A stretch of DNA of 64,000 nt from Podarcis gaigeae (taxonomy: Eukaryota): assembly GCA_964106915.2 (NCBI GenBank), contig OZ066918.1; one strand, 5' to 3'. Under the pieces are notes generated by a model. The model had not been told where the DNA came from and made no database searches. It was given only the letters and a program-made list of their open reading frames with translations. How positions within the stretch are numbered: position 1 is the first letter of the stretch; each line of letters begins with the position of its first letter. A program made the translations under genes and the position numbers. Positions 37,200-50,760 of the stretch are shown here, piece by piece.

Positions 37200-37228
37200 G
37201 CACACACACACACACATACACACACACA
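37200..37228. repeat. (CA)n microsatellite
   Basis: Direct reading of the sequence. Confidence 0.9.
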
Positions 37229-39482
37229 TTTTTCTGCAAACCTTAGAGTTCTGCAAACCTGCTGATGCCTGCCTCTTCTGCACTGATGGTGCTATTTTGG
37301 CTACATAAGGTGATTGCACAATATGACAGGGGACAATGGACATATGTAGGGGTGAAGAACAGTGCTATAGTCTTTATAAATGTGAAGGTGTGGCTGCGTC
37401 AGTTCTGGCACCTCTAGCTCTCTGACAGTAGTAGGCTGCCTTTATTGCTCTGTAACACAATATGCTTTTAGGATCTGAATACCACCATTAGCAGCAAATT
37501 GGCTACTGCTCAGAGTACAACTGGGATTGCTCAGACCAAAACCCAATAAACTGGGTTGCTGGAATGTCATCCCATTCAGTGCCTTCCTAACCCCTGCAGC
37601 TAGAGCTTAGCCAATAAATTGTAGCAAGGACTGGTACAATTTTTATTTATTTTTTAATGTACGCATGTTAATTACATACCACTTGCTAGACAAATATTTA
37701 AAAAGATTACATGGAAATATTAAAACAATAAGCATGAAAGCAATATAAGAAAACAGTCAAGACAAGCTATGAGGGGGCGGGGGAATCTTTTTGAAAACTA
37801 CAGAGCAAGACAGTTCCTGAGTAGGCTTTGTGGTAGCACTTAGGCGAAGAAGAAACCATCTCAGCTGGAACACTGGTTGTCAGCTCTCTTTTACTAAGCA
37901 TTATTGAGGAGGCATAAGGATGGGATGATCTGGGTCAGCAGCAGGTACACATATACACCACAAGTGTCTCATGAGGTCCAGAGAGGCAGAATCCTCCACA
38001 AAATATACTCATACTCCCCACAGCTATCTCCTTGGGCTATGTCCACTCATAACCTAAAGAGAATACTCTTAACCAACCCCTTCAACTCTTCCTGGAAATA
38101 GTAAGGAAGAATTTCCAAACCCTGTCTTGGGACCTCAGAGGAAATGCATTCCCTGTGGCTGTTGGGCAACCGTTTTTCCAATAAACATTAAGCAAATAAA
38201 TCTAATAAATACTTTTACTCTGAGCAGAAGCCAATTTTCTGTTAATGGTGCTATTTAGATCCTAAAAGCATATTGTGTTACCCAGTAATAAAGCTTCCAA
38301 ATGCAGCCCACAACTTTCAATGAGCTACAGGTGCCAAATTAAGGACCAAATTACTAGTCTGGTTTAAATGAGGACCTGGAGAAGCTAAAAATGGTCAGGG
38401 AAAATGGTCGACAAATAATTCCACTAGGATTCTAAGTAAAATCTATAGTAGGAAATTCGCTTCATTGTTAAATTTCCAGCTTCAGCATGTCCTCAGAAAG
38501 CTGTTCTTTGAATCCAGAAATTAATAAAACTGATTCTCTAAACATGCAGAAAATCTATTCTTTTGGCTAATATGTATTAAAACATTTGGATACTTAAATG
38601 CATAATGGAAATGTCTGTTCTATTAAGTAGAATGAAATCTGAGAACTTCTTTCCAAAACACATTCTAATGCAGTGATTGTAATATGCAAAGATGAATGAA
38701 GGCTTACTTCCAAACAAGATGGTGCCAGTAGCACAGAGACCTCTGCAAGGCAGTGGAATGGCAGCCTGGCAGGATGGAAGTAGAAGAAGACTTCCTGTTG
38801 TCTGACCTCCTGACCTTAAGGTAACAGGAAATGGGTTTAAACACTTAATACCACCAGTCACTTTCAAGGAGCACATGTTCCTCTCTCAGAAATGTAAAGT
38901 TTGGAGGCAATGTGTTAACCGCTTGCTGAGCCATGTGCTCCGGTGTAATGACAGATGAAAGGGGAGGTCAGATTTACTAAGTGTTGAGGAGGTGTCATCA
39001 AGAGATGCATATTACTTCAAGATGTGTCTCCACCAGCAGTGGGGGCCATTCAAGTAATTCACAGAAAGGAGACTGTTTCACCTATTGGGAGTTTTAGAAT
39101 TCTAGAACGGCTGGAAGAAAAGCCTTCAGTCCAATACACAGAACTGAGTTCAGAGACTGGCTACACATTACACTCACCACAAAGAGTATGTTGAGAGTTC
39201 TGAAAGCTCCCCAGAGGGAGTGGGGAGCAGATTGTAGGTTAACACAAGAGCCACTGGCAGCCATTCTCCCTCCCGCCCTTTTTCTCCCCTTTTATATCTT
39301 CGCACTGCTGTTAATTTCCCTACCCCCAAACTCCTAGAGAAATTTAGATGCTACAAGAGGAACAATGGAAGAAGAGCCATCCCTTGTTCCTTGTGTGTTT
39401 GTGCATGATTACATCTTGCTTTCTCTGCCTATCTCCACCTGCAGAATTGTCAACAGGCGACATACTTGATGTGGCAATGTGA

Positions 39483-39603
39483 GGGAAGGCTTTGTGTTAG
39501 AGCATCTGCCTTCCATTCAGAAGGTCCCAGGTTCAATCCCTGCCATCTCCAAGTACAGCTGGGAGAGACCCCTGCCTGAAACCCTGTGGTGAAGATGCTT
39601 GCT
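39483..39603 (+). mobile_element. Squam3-like tRNA-derived SINE
   Basis: agagcatctgc..cagaaggtcccaGGTTCAATCCCtgccatctcc (B box 39530-39540), then gctgggagagacccctgcctgaaaccctg. Confidence 0.75.
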
Positions 39604-39734
39604 CCTATGTATCCTATGTAACTTTTTACATTGTGAGCATAATGCACAGCCAGCTCTCCCTTTCCTACTTTGTCTTTTCTTAAGGAAGCAGGAAAGGAAA
39701 ATTAATACATTGCTCCACATCACACATGTAGAAA

Positions 39735-39873
39735 AAGTGGTATGGAACCTGTGGCCCTCTGAGATGTTGTTGTAATCCAATTCCCATCGGCCCCAGCCAG
39801 CTCAATCAGTGGTGTGGGATGATGGGAGTTGCAGTCTAGTAACATCTGGAAGGCCACAGGTTCCTCATTCCTG
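39735..39873. mobile_element. hAT (Charlie-like) palindromic MITE
   Basis: ggaacctgtggccctc / gaaggccacaggttcc inverted ends, same architecture as 4569 and 16285. Confidence 0.75.
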
Positions 39874-40459
39874 ATACAGAATTCCTATGTCCTGCAACGA
39901 ACCTTACTTACATGACCATCAGAAGTCTGGCCTCTGTGGTGGCCCTATGTGCTAAATGCATTACTCCTCCTCATTCATACATACAAACACACAACACAAG
40001 TGGGAATTTCCTGACAAATAGCCTAAGGCAGTGGCAGTCTAGACAAGACTGACAACTTACAGCGACTGCTGGAGGAAAACAAGGTGTTGGTGTATATACC
40101 TATGGCCATTGGCATGAAAGCTTTTTCCTGCTCCTGGAGGACGGCTGACCAGTTATAGGGGAAGAGATGGAGAAAGCTAGAGAAAGAAAGAGTTTCCTGC
40201 TCAAGAAAAGCCAATCTGTATGTTATATTGAAGATCCATAAGTGGATCTCATGACATACTGGTTTCGACTTGAAAGCTGGCTCTGGCAGAGGGTCCACAT
40301 TAGATCAGAGCAGTGATTGTGGCAGATAACACATTCAGCCCTAACCCCCTACTGTGCTGTCCAGAGCTGGACAAGAGGCCTACAGGACACAATGGGACAA
40401 GGCAGCAAGGTGGGTCAGTGGCTGCAGCACCATGGAAAGCTCCAAGTGACCAAGATCTA

Positions 40460-40710
40460 TACTCTACATTTAAAGCATATTCGGCACAAATTTAAAGCAC
40501 ATGACTCTAAAGCAAAAACTTTAAAGCAAAGAATCCTGGGGACTGTCATTTGTTAAGGATGCTGAAAATGGTAGCTCTGTGAGAGGAAAGCTACAGTTCC
40601 CAGGATTCTTTGGGGGGAAGGACTGTACTGAAGCTTTTTGTGACTCCACAGCCAGATCACCCTTCCCAGGCTCAGCGCCTTGCTTGAGGATTGGAATGTT
40701 TTAAAACATC
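40460..40710. mobile_element. Palindromic MITE-like repeat
   Basis: Inverted repeat aaagaatcctggggactgt / acagttcccaggattcttt around a ~50-bp core. Outer boundaries approximate. Confidence 0.55.
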
Positions 40711-41460
40711 TGGCTTGGAGCCTAGCCCTCCTCCTTCTCTCTGACAATTTCTTCCAGGCTTGTAGTCTATGCTGAGGAGATAACCCAGCATTGTGAGTCC
40801 TTGGTGTATGGGTTAATTTGTCAGAGGGTACAAGCTTTAAGAGGACAGAATCCAAAGAGCCCAAGTCAGGGATTTGCTGGCTCAAATGCCCCAATCCAAC
40901 AGACTTGGGCTCTGTCTCGGGCCTGGTCTAGGTCAGTTCCAGCACCTCTGCATTTGGTGCCATTGATCTGATGATCTAGCTGCCCCTCTTTATCCAAAAA
41001 TGAGTAAGATTCCAGGCTGCCAAATTTGGAGTCCCAGTACCTATGCTATTTCTTGATCTGACATAAATCTCACATCATATACACACATCTGCTAATTGCT
41101 GCATTTTTCCCCAGTGCTTCTTATTACACTGGAGTGGGGTAGTAGTCAGATTCAGATCTATGATTTTGCTTTTAAGGGGAAAAGAAGATCAGACATTTGA
41201 CCATGGATCTCCTGCACTGTTTGGCCAATGGCTTCCCCTTCTTCCATTGCTGACAATGTGTGGTACAGCCTGCAGAATTTCCTTACAGGAAGAAGAAACA
41301 CTCCACACTACCGTGCTCAGAGCCACAATCTTTTTTCCAGAAAGACAAAGGGGAAGGAAAGGAGGAAAATGAAATTCAGTAAGTTGGTCTGCGCAGAGAT
41401 ACAAGATCTGTAAATATATGGAGTCCCAGCTAGTTCTGGCTTTTAACGTACAAGCTCCTC

Positions 41461-41496
41461 TTCTTTTCTTTTCTTTTCTTTTCTTTTCTTTTCTTT
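41461..41496. repeat. (CTTTT)n microsatellite
   Basis: Direct reading of the sequence. Confidence 0.95.
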
Positions 41497-42301
41497 CTCT
41501 ACCCCCCCCCCCCAATTGAGATGTGTGGAAATATAGCCTAAACACAGTGTAGCAGCTCTTGTATTCTTTTTAGGCCTAAATAAATCACTGCTAACTATTG
41601 AATTGGGAATTATTATCCTTCCCTAGCCACACACTTATGGAAATGACAGACCAAGGTTTGGTTTTCTGGGGTTTTTTTCTTCTTTTTCAATAAAAGGTTA
41701 AATGTTCTTAGTAGTTAAGAGAAGATTTATGTTTTACCGTGTTCGCCCTTCCGTTATTAATTGTTACCACGGGGCCTTTGGAGTAGGTGAGCCAACCACA
41801 TACACATGGCCCTATATAATTATACAAGCCACAAAACTATCATAAGTCCAAGAGATAAGTGGTGCATATATCAGGAATGCAACATGTGTGTGTGCGTGTC
41901 TGTGAGAGCATGCAGGGATAGGACATACAACACCGGACATTGGAAGAATCCATACTGAATGAAACTCTGCTCATAGTCTTTGCCAAATTGTTTGGCACCA
42001 TGACAGAGCATACTCCAACTTTGTGTAGACTCCAAGACAAACAAGACCCTTCAGGAAAGACAGATACTGCAACTTTGCTCCCAGTTCAATTTTGCACATG
42101 CCTCTTTCTTTATGCAAAAACAGCCAAAACAAAATTCATGCTCTTGATATTAGTTGGATGTCTGAAATAGTTTTTTTAAACAAGAGTAAGATTTCAAACA
42201 GACAGATATTTATGCATAACATTTTTTTTGCTATTATGGTAGCCTAATGTTTTCTACACAACATTATACAACTGTCTGTTGAGAAGGAAGATACTGGGAA
42301 C

Positions 42302-42400
42302 TAGTGCTATTTTTCTAGAAAAAGTGGTGCTGGAGCTCACCATGAACTTCTCCCTTGTTCTCTTAGAATGGCAATGATGCCCACCTGAAAAAAAGCCCTG
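42302..42400. mobile_element. Short hAT MITE (99 bp) with perfect 8-bp TSD
   Basis: TIRs tagtgctattttt / aaaaaaagccctg. TSD ctgggaac at 42294-42301 and 42401-42408. Confidence 0.85.
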
Positions 42401-44447
42401 CTGGGAACTGCAAGGGTGCTACATTAATTGTGAACTGCCCTGCTGATTACTGCTAAGCTGGTGTTAAATTTAACATGTAACTTACCAGCCACATCTGCCC
42501 TAGGAATGCAAATGATTCTCAAGGCACCTCTTTAAAGTGGGCTGTAGTTACTAACTATGGGAGCTAATGTTAGCATAGTTGTAAATTTCATTTAACCCTG
42601 AACATAATCTAGTCTTATGTCCTACTTTGCTATTCCGCATGGTACAAGTTCTAATACGTGTATACAGATAAACCTATTTTCCATAAGATTTGGGGAAATG
42701 AAGCGGGAGTGCTATAGGTGCACATATCTGCCAGATGAATGTGGCTACCCAACATGTGCTAAGCCGACTTCAAGTCAGATTGCCCCCCCCCCTTTTTTTG
42801 CAATGAAACCCACCTGCAAAATTATGGTTGTGACAAAGCACCAAGATTCCATTTGGCTCAATTTAGCATGTAGGCATGTTTGCTCAGGTCAAAATGTGAA
42901 CAGGAAACAGCAGTTGGCGGTCACACAACTAGCTCAGCATGAACTCATTAACAAATTACAGTGCCGCAGGAATGCAGAATTTGGTGTTGGAAATCACTTT
43001 ATTTTGATTGCTTTTTAAATGAAATTTTCTAGTCCCTATTGATGTAAAGACAGGTTTGTATATTTGGGGGCAAAGCCAAAAGAGACAGTCTTAAAGTCGA
43101 TAGAATCCCCCCAGTTTTCTCTGGAAACATTATGGGAGTCACTGGTTTTCTATCCAGGTATCTTCTGAAATTTTGCCCTCCATGCTCTCTCACCCATCCT
43201 TCCTGAATCCATTTGAAATTCCAAATGCCACAGTTCCAGAAAGAAACTTATTAGAATCTGGTGGGTTTCTTTGGCTCCTCAGTTTCTGATGACATAGTAT
43301 GTCATGTCATGGATATACTAAGGTTATCATCACACTGTGTCACTACAGAAAGTATCTGCACAGGCAGCAAAGCTTTCAGATCTGTGATGCAACCAGCTTT
43401 ACGCAGTAGCTAAGATCAAAGCTTCCAGATGTGCTGGTAAGATTGCGTTCAGTCTTCTTTCTTCAGAAAGATAGTTTTTGGATGCCTTATAAAAAAGTTA
43501 CAGATTAATTTGGTCCCAGCTTTATGTTGGGTGGTTAATGAAGAACTATGGCATTGAGAATAATGGCCAAACCATGCAAAAAATATAATAGAAGCAGGAG
43601 TACCAACACTAGGGGCCCTGAGATGCTGCACTGGAGAAAAAAGGAATCACAATTTTCCATAACTGGGGTGATAAAATTTCACACCTATGTGAAAACAAAA
43701 CACTCATGAAAGGTTAGTAGTTTCAGGAGGACAGTTACAGGATGACATTTACTGGGCAAGTTTAGAAATGAACTTGTAAGAGAATGGAAACAGAGGGTTC
43801 TGATGGACACTCATATAAATAGACCTGTTCATTAATTTTAGCTGTTGCCTAAGTATCTCATCTTGTACTCACTAGCCTATAAGGCTTACAGAGAAGCAAT
43901 GCAGAAAGGGTCAAGGCCTTTGGCATACAATAAAGCAGAAGCAAGAACGCCTCAAAGTTAGAGCTGGTGTTAACATGGAGGCATTTTCCAAGTCAAAAGA
44001 AGAGACTTCTCCCCACAGTCAGATTTAAGGCTTCTGGGTTTGAGATTTGTTGGTTTTACAAATGACACTTAGAATGCATTTTAGTCTGAGATCTGTCAGT
44101 TGTGAGCTTTGGAATGAAGGGTTTGAATGTGGTGGCTGCCTCTTTAGCTCAACGGCTGTATTGATCAAACCCACCCAGATCTCACTTAAGCATGTAAACA
44201 CCAGGGCTTGGCACATAGTCCTACAACCATGAAGATGGCCACTGGTCCCTTGCCCAACAGGATTGCAGCATAAATTCAGAGGCAGCCTGCACAGGAACAA
44301 GCCCAGCAGGAGCAGGAGACAGCTGTTTCATTTCTGCTTCTCACAGAAAAAAATATTTCCATGAAGTGTAATGTTTGGAAAATGTCTAAGATCCTAGATC
44401 ATGCTTTCTTCAAATTCTACGGTCTTAGTGCTGCTGCTGTCTATATT

Positions 44448-44471
44448 GAGAGAGAGAGAGAGAGAGAGAGA
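44448..44471. repeat. (GA)12 microsatellite
   Basis: Direct reading of the sequence. Confidence 0.95.
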
Positions 44472-45893
44472 TCAGAAAAGAATAGGGAGGCATGAGCAAG
44501 TGAGACATTTGGAATGCAGAATAATTTATAAAACATTAATGCAGTAAGGAGAGCTAGATGAAAAACATGGAAAGATAAAGGCATCAATCCTGTGGCATCA
44601 ATCCTGGGACAGACATAGAATAATTAAACAAAGAGAGCAGAGGTTGCAGTGCAAAGTGCAGGTGCTTTTCTTTGACCTTGAATTTCACGAGAGTTTCATA
44701 GAGACCTGCACTAAGAACAGAGACAAATGTGCTTTCAATGTGCAAGGAAGGACGTTAATCCTTTTCAGATAGGTGATAAGGGCATTAGAGTTGCATATCT
44801 GAGCAAATAGCAAGGGCAAGAAGAGTGCCCTGGACTTCCTGCAGAGTACAGCTGACTCTAGCAATGGGGCAATACTCTTCAGTGGGATAGAGTTCAGCAA
44901 AGCAGGGAAGGCAGCTTTGCCTTAGCAGGAAAGATGTGGGGAAAAGAAAGAAACACTTGAACGGGCAAAATTTCTCCTGCTCAACATCCTTGCATCAACA
45001 CCAATCTCCTCAAACTGTTTCCATAATTTACATGGAAAGTAAATGGTTAAGTCTACAAGGAGAGAGGGTTATCCTGGAGGAAGGAATATGGAAGCAGAAA
45101 TGGATATCTTTGGAGTTGTGCCATTTTTGCCATATGCTGAAGGCTGCTTCATATGTTACAATTTCCTACACAGAGATTCATCTCCATGTAGCAAACCATG
45201 TATATATGTTGCAATGTATGAAGTGCTGGGGTTTTCATGCTGAGAGTACATTGATGCTCATGTTTATAGAGGCAGTTCAATTCATGTATTCATAGTATAG
45301 GGAAATATACCGGTACTGCTCTCCAAACTTAAGTGGGGGGGGGGCGTTTCCTACACTGGGATTTCATCAAAGGGAGACTATGGACAACTCGGAATCTCTC
45401 CATTTACTCCAAACTTTTCTATGTCCTCATAAAAAATGACATAGCTTTGTAGGTTTGAACAATAAAAGATAGAGAATAAGCCTCCGAAAAACTTATAATT
45501 CATGAGAACAATTTGTCAGATGAACAAGTTGTAGAATTGCTGGCCCTACATACATGTTTTTGGAAAAAGCACAGGCTGTATTTGGGATGCTTTGGTTTGA
45601 GGGCACCTTGCCTTAGGTCAGGACTTGGACTTAGTGGCACAACATACACCTTCCCAGTTCTATGTGCATTTGACTCCAACTCCAACTGCTAGGCTTTGGA
45701 AATGAAGCAGAGGTGGAGAAGAGTCCTAACAGATAGAGAAATTACGAACCCCACAACCCTCACTACTGATGGATCTCACATTTCTGGACAAAGCCACTGT
45801 GTGGTTATCATCACTAGCTTTCTTGTAAGTGCCTCCCCTCAAAAAAATGGTGACACTGTGCTGAGGCTTTTAGAGTCACAGTGAGCCCACAGT

Positions 45894-46191
45894 CAGGATT
45901 GGCCCAAGATATTACGTGGCCTGAGGTAAATTACAAGATTGGACCCCCTCCCAATTTCATGTACAGAGTATGACTAGACTGGCAGTTGAATCTTACTTCA
46001 ACCCTGGTGATGGGATAGCATGCTCCACCACACCTGAGGCACTAGAATAGATTTGAAGAGGCAGAAGAGGCCATGTAACCACAGAGGGGAATGGCTGGGG
46101 CTTGGAACAACCAGGAGCTGCTACTGCTGCCCCTGAGCATCTGCCACCCAAGGCAGTTGCCTCACTCTGCTTAAAGATAGGGCTGGCCCGG
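45894..46191. mobile_element. Degraded DNA-transposon MITE (CAGGGCCGGCCC-type TIR)
   Basis: caggattggcccaag...tagggctggcccgg. No clear TSD. Confidence 0.5.
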
Positions 46192-49100
46192 TTCACCCAA
46201 AGGACTGTCTTTTCTGCAGCCTTGCATCCAGGGGCCTGTAAGAGGCCCTGCTCCTTTTCTAAGAACAGTGTGTGCTTGGGCAAACTGAGAAGGGAAATGA
46301 AATGTACATTTCCTTTCTGAGACTAGAAAGGGCCAGCTAGTGGGCAGAGCATTCATGCTGCCTGAAACCTGCCCTAGACTGGGATTAGCATCTGTGTTGA
46401 TAAAAGTAATATATGAAGCAGCCCTGGGAGAAGATTCCATTGCTGGGAAACCACCAGATGTAGTGTAGCGAACTTGCTGCCAGTCAACTATTTGGCTGTG
46501 TACCAAAGCTGGACAATGCGGGCTGTGTGGTCCCCAGATAGGCAACAGCCATAAAATTAAAAGGAAAAAAAATCTGAGAGGCCAAGGAGAAGGGAAAAGA
46601 ATGTAGGCTGGGGAACTGCCTGAGGCCAAAGACACAGCAGAATAGGCAAACTCCTTACATGGATGGCAACAGTTCCGGATACAAGGTCAACTTGGAGAAC
46701 CTTTGGTACAGGTTTGAGTTTACAGATTATCTTTTAGTCCAACCACAGATGGGATCAGAGAAACTCCCTAGAAGCTGTGTTTCCAGGACTGTGGGGGCCT
46801 ATACCAACAGGAAGGGGGTAGAAACCTCCCAACATGTGCAAAAAGCCCACTGTCAAGCCTGCCTTGGAAAAGGAGAGGTGATATGACAGAAACATTTGAG
46901 AAGATGCACAGCCAAACTCCCCTTGCTCCCACACTAAGGCAGTAGGGGTGAATTAAACACACAGGCCCCAGGCCAAGCCAGGGCCTTGCACCATACGGTT
47001 CCTATCTGGCCATGTCACACACTATTAAACCCAGATCAGAAACAGGATCTGGGAGAATGGAACATACTGAGCCTAGGACATCACAAGCTTCTTCTCCTAT
47101 AAATAGGAACCATTTTCCAGTAGAGAGCAACTCTCACATTTTTTTTGGCAGTGAATTGGCCAATAAAAGCAGATGAAGATTATCCTATTACCATCATTTT
47201 AAACACAGAGCAGTTAACTCCACTGCAATAGAATTTAACCCCATTGCCTCCTGGACCCTGGACTCGGGTAGGGCTGGGAGAAAACCTCCCAGAAATCTGT
47301 ATTCTCTGCAGACGGCTTCAGCCTTATCCAACACTTTCACAATGTTTCACAACACGATGGCATGAGCAAAACAATGTCCAGCTTGCTCCAGAATTGCAAC
47401 GTAAGCTTGTTGACACTTACGAGTTACTGGGAAAAATTAACAAAAACACGTGCAACTTGTAAATGAGGGGGGAAACATGAAGAGCAGCTTCCAAACAGGT
47501 GCAGCTGATTATCCCAGGCAAATGTGCCTGTAAAAGGAGGGGGGAGAACATTTTCTTCACAAATTTTAAGAGCACTACAGACTTCCAGATAATAGGAAAT
47601 CCCTGAAGCTTTCAAAAAGTGTTTTCTCATACAGTGTACCTGGTGTGACAGCTGCTTCTTTGCAGCTATGGGGGAGTTGTGGTTTTCCATTTGTGAAAAT
47701 TCAAGTGAAATCTATCATTTTTTGGAAAGCTACTACTAGGTCCCGGGGTTCTCAAATATCTTTACAGGTTGAACACTTGGAAAGAATTCAAGGCTCCAAT
47801 CAGTGCTGGAATATGGGGAAGTGTTTAACTCAAAGAAACAGTATATAAAATAAGCTGTTCCTCTGCTTGATGATTATTTCAGGATTGACTAATGACTTGT
47901 CCTGGTGCCAGACACCTTCAAGATGGCTCAGGAGGCTCGTTTTCTAAAGTTTGTGTCCATGGCATTCCATCAAATGGAGACTCTTTTCTCTGCAATACTT
48001 CTAGGGCTGGGAATTCAGAGTTGGGACAAACATAAATGAACTGTTGGACACCAAGACCAAACACTCCTAGATGTGATCATGCAATTAAATCATCAAGCAA
48101 TTCCATCTACAATGGCTGACAATTGGAGAAAGAAGCTCTTAAAAGGAAGTAAAATGTGCTCATGATGTCAGCTGCAGCCTTTGCTCAGCAATCCTTGAAT
48201 GCAAGCCAGGTTGCAGTTGGGTTGGAGGGGGGGGGGTTCATCCCACAACTCGATCTTTGTTAGGTAAGGTGTCAGAACACTGAAGGCCACAATATTTAAT
48301 CTAACCCCTACACAGCCAAATCTTTCCTTTCTTTCTCCCACCCTGCCCCCCAGCAGAGCAAGCAAGTTCACCAACAGAGGTAAAAAGCGAGGCAAGCGGC
48401 CATGCATGTATACTTAGGGATCAAGATTATCCAGCCTTCTTATTAGCACAGTGGCTCTTAAGAGCATTTTGACGTGTGCTACAGCCTTATGGGCCGCTGT
48501 ACTCAGCAGATGGTCTTGGGCTATTTAAATATTTGGAATATCTTAGAGTATCTGGAGACAACAGATAAAGGCAGATCGTGCTTCAGTTGGCAAAGGAAGA
48601 GATTTCTTAATCCAGAAGAGCTTTGCTATGAAGACTTGAGCCTCCTTGGATAATTCAGATAACTCTCATCAACTGATAATTTCTGATAGGAACAGGTAGA
48701 CAGCTATAACAATAGAAGCCACCGAATATACATTGATATTCTGTTTACTAGGATTCAAGAGCAAGTGTACTCAAGTCTCTACAGTTTCTATGACTGTCAA
48801 GAGGAAAGCAGATAGATTTGTTCAAGTCCTGGGCAGCATGAATCTGCAAGGGTGGATTTAGGGCTGTGCGAGCAGTGCATATGCACTGGGCCCTTAGCCA
48901 AAGGGGTACTGTCTCCAAGCCCGATAAGCAAGGGTCCTGGAGTGCTCCTTCATCTTCTCCAAAACCTAGTTAGTGCTTTCCCAGATCTGGGAAGGAAGTG
49001 GGAAGGCTCCAGGACTCTGCCAGAGCCCTCATGCCTCCTTCCCAAAGCTGTCTGCCTCCCTACCTGCCTTTGGGAAGGCAGCACAAGGCTGCAGGGGTGC

Positions 49101-50539
49101 CAAATCAAGGGTGACAGGTTGGTGAACTTCAACTTGCTGATTTTTTGGGGAAGACACTTCCTTGTATTCCAACAATACATTCCAAGGCGAGTTGCAGAAA
49201 CTCAGTCTGGTCTGGCATGTTACTGCCATAAAAGGTGGATCAGATATGGGTATTTTGTGCTTCATTGATCACCCCAATTGCTTTTGCTTCTCTCCAACTT
49301 TTCATTTTCCACTTATCTCCATATACATAAAACAGAGTAAGGCCTGGTATTGGAAGCTGCCTTCCCTTGGCAACTGGTTGTGATCCTGCAGGAAAGCGCT
49401 GATAGGGTTCTTTCATTACCTATAGCTTATGGAGGGAGGAGGCAGTATTATTTCTAGAAGGTGCTAAAATATGGCCTGGACAGAATCTAGACCTGGGTGG
49501 AGTCTAAAGAATGACTGAAGGCAATTTGTTGATTTCCTTGTCAGTAAAAAAAAAAAAAAAGCACACCAACTACCAAACATCTGGAAAGGGTGAGTTCTTG
49601 TTCCAACCCACATGTGAATTTTGTTTTAAAACAGACTTAGAAAGGTCTCTTGCTTCTGCCTTTGCTATTTAAGGCCAAAGAACTTTGACACTTGTTTTGA
49701 ATAACAAAGAATATGCAGACTGAGCATCTGTACTACTTAGCCCTTTAGACACAATAAGAACAGTTCACCCAGCGGAAAAACTCTTTTCCTCCTTCCACTC
49801 CCCAAATTATTGGGCACGTAGATATAGCACAAAATGCAGCCAAATTTGGATTCATGGTATTAGGGCTCAAATCAGAAAGAGGTGAATCTGAAAAAGCATA
49901 GAATTTCCACAAGGATTCCCCTCCTTCCGATCGGAAAAACTGTGGAAGCTCAATAGTTTTCCGGATACCTACTCGGCCACTCTCTGCTCATTAAGCTAAT
50001 TGCTCTCTCTCAAATACACCCTCATTCTTTTTAAACCCAGTGCCTCATTGTCACACTGAAACACAGTGGAACACTGCCTGAAGAGTCCACCATTAAATAA
50101 ACTATTGATGTTCTTCTAGAATTCTCCCAGGGCTCTCGCGTCATTGCTGCTTTTGAGGCATCTAATCAGCTGTTTCCTCACTGAATGTTCAGAGATCCAG
50201 CAGCCCTTCAAGGAGAAGGAAGAGGCCTGGACCACCCAGCCTCTCAAACTAGCCATGGAGGCAGCTTGTACAGTTCCCTAGTTAGGAAACGGTTTGAACT
50301 CAACGTGATTCTTTGCATATCCAAATGAAAACATTTTACTCTGCTCCCCCACCCGCCATTTGTTTCTTCCAAATTATCCAGTTGGGCTGGCTCAGATGTA
50401 TCAGCTCTCTTTTTCACACGTGCACAAACAGTGACATTGTCATAGGAGACAAGTGAAGACTGAATCTAAGGGCTAAAAACCAGATGTTTCCCCATCTTCC
50501 TGTGCAGAGCCATATTTTATCTATGGCTCTTTCCTGAAT

Positions 50540-50760
50540 TTATAGCCAATGAAGAGATGTTACTACATTAGCTCATGGAGGGGGTGGATGATAAAACAAG
50601 AGAGGAAGAGCCAGACAAGGCCCGGAGAAGTTATCCAGAGCGCTGCAATCGGAGAAGCGTGACGAATGGGCAGTGTGGCTGCCGCGGGCTCCAGCAGAAA
50701 GGCAGATTGGCTGGCTAGGAGTGATTGGCCACAGCTGGAGGCAGCGTTTTACACACACAC
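50540..50760. promoter_or_regulatory. Candidate intronic promoter/enhancer (CpG-rich, NF-Y boxes)
   Basis: AGCCAATC and GGCCAATC on the - strand (ATTGG at 50706 and 50724), AGCCAATG near 50544, TGACG half-CRE, about 8 CpG in ~130 bp. No TE hallmarks. Confidence 0.4.

Noticed and set aside
8949-42487. Strong isolated minus-strand donors (GTAAGT at ~8950, ~30311, ~42481) as recursive splice sites or cryptic exons
   Set aside because: None is directly preceded by a pyrimidine tract plus AG, and nearby acceptors are weak.
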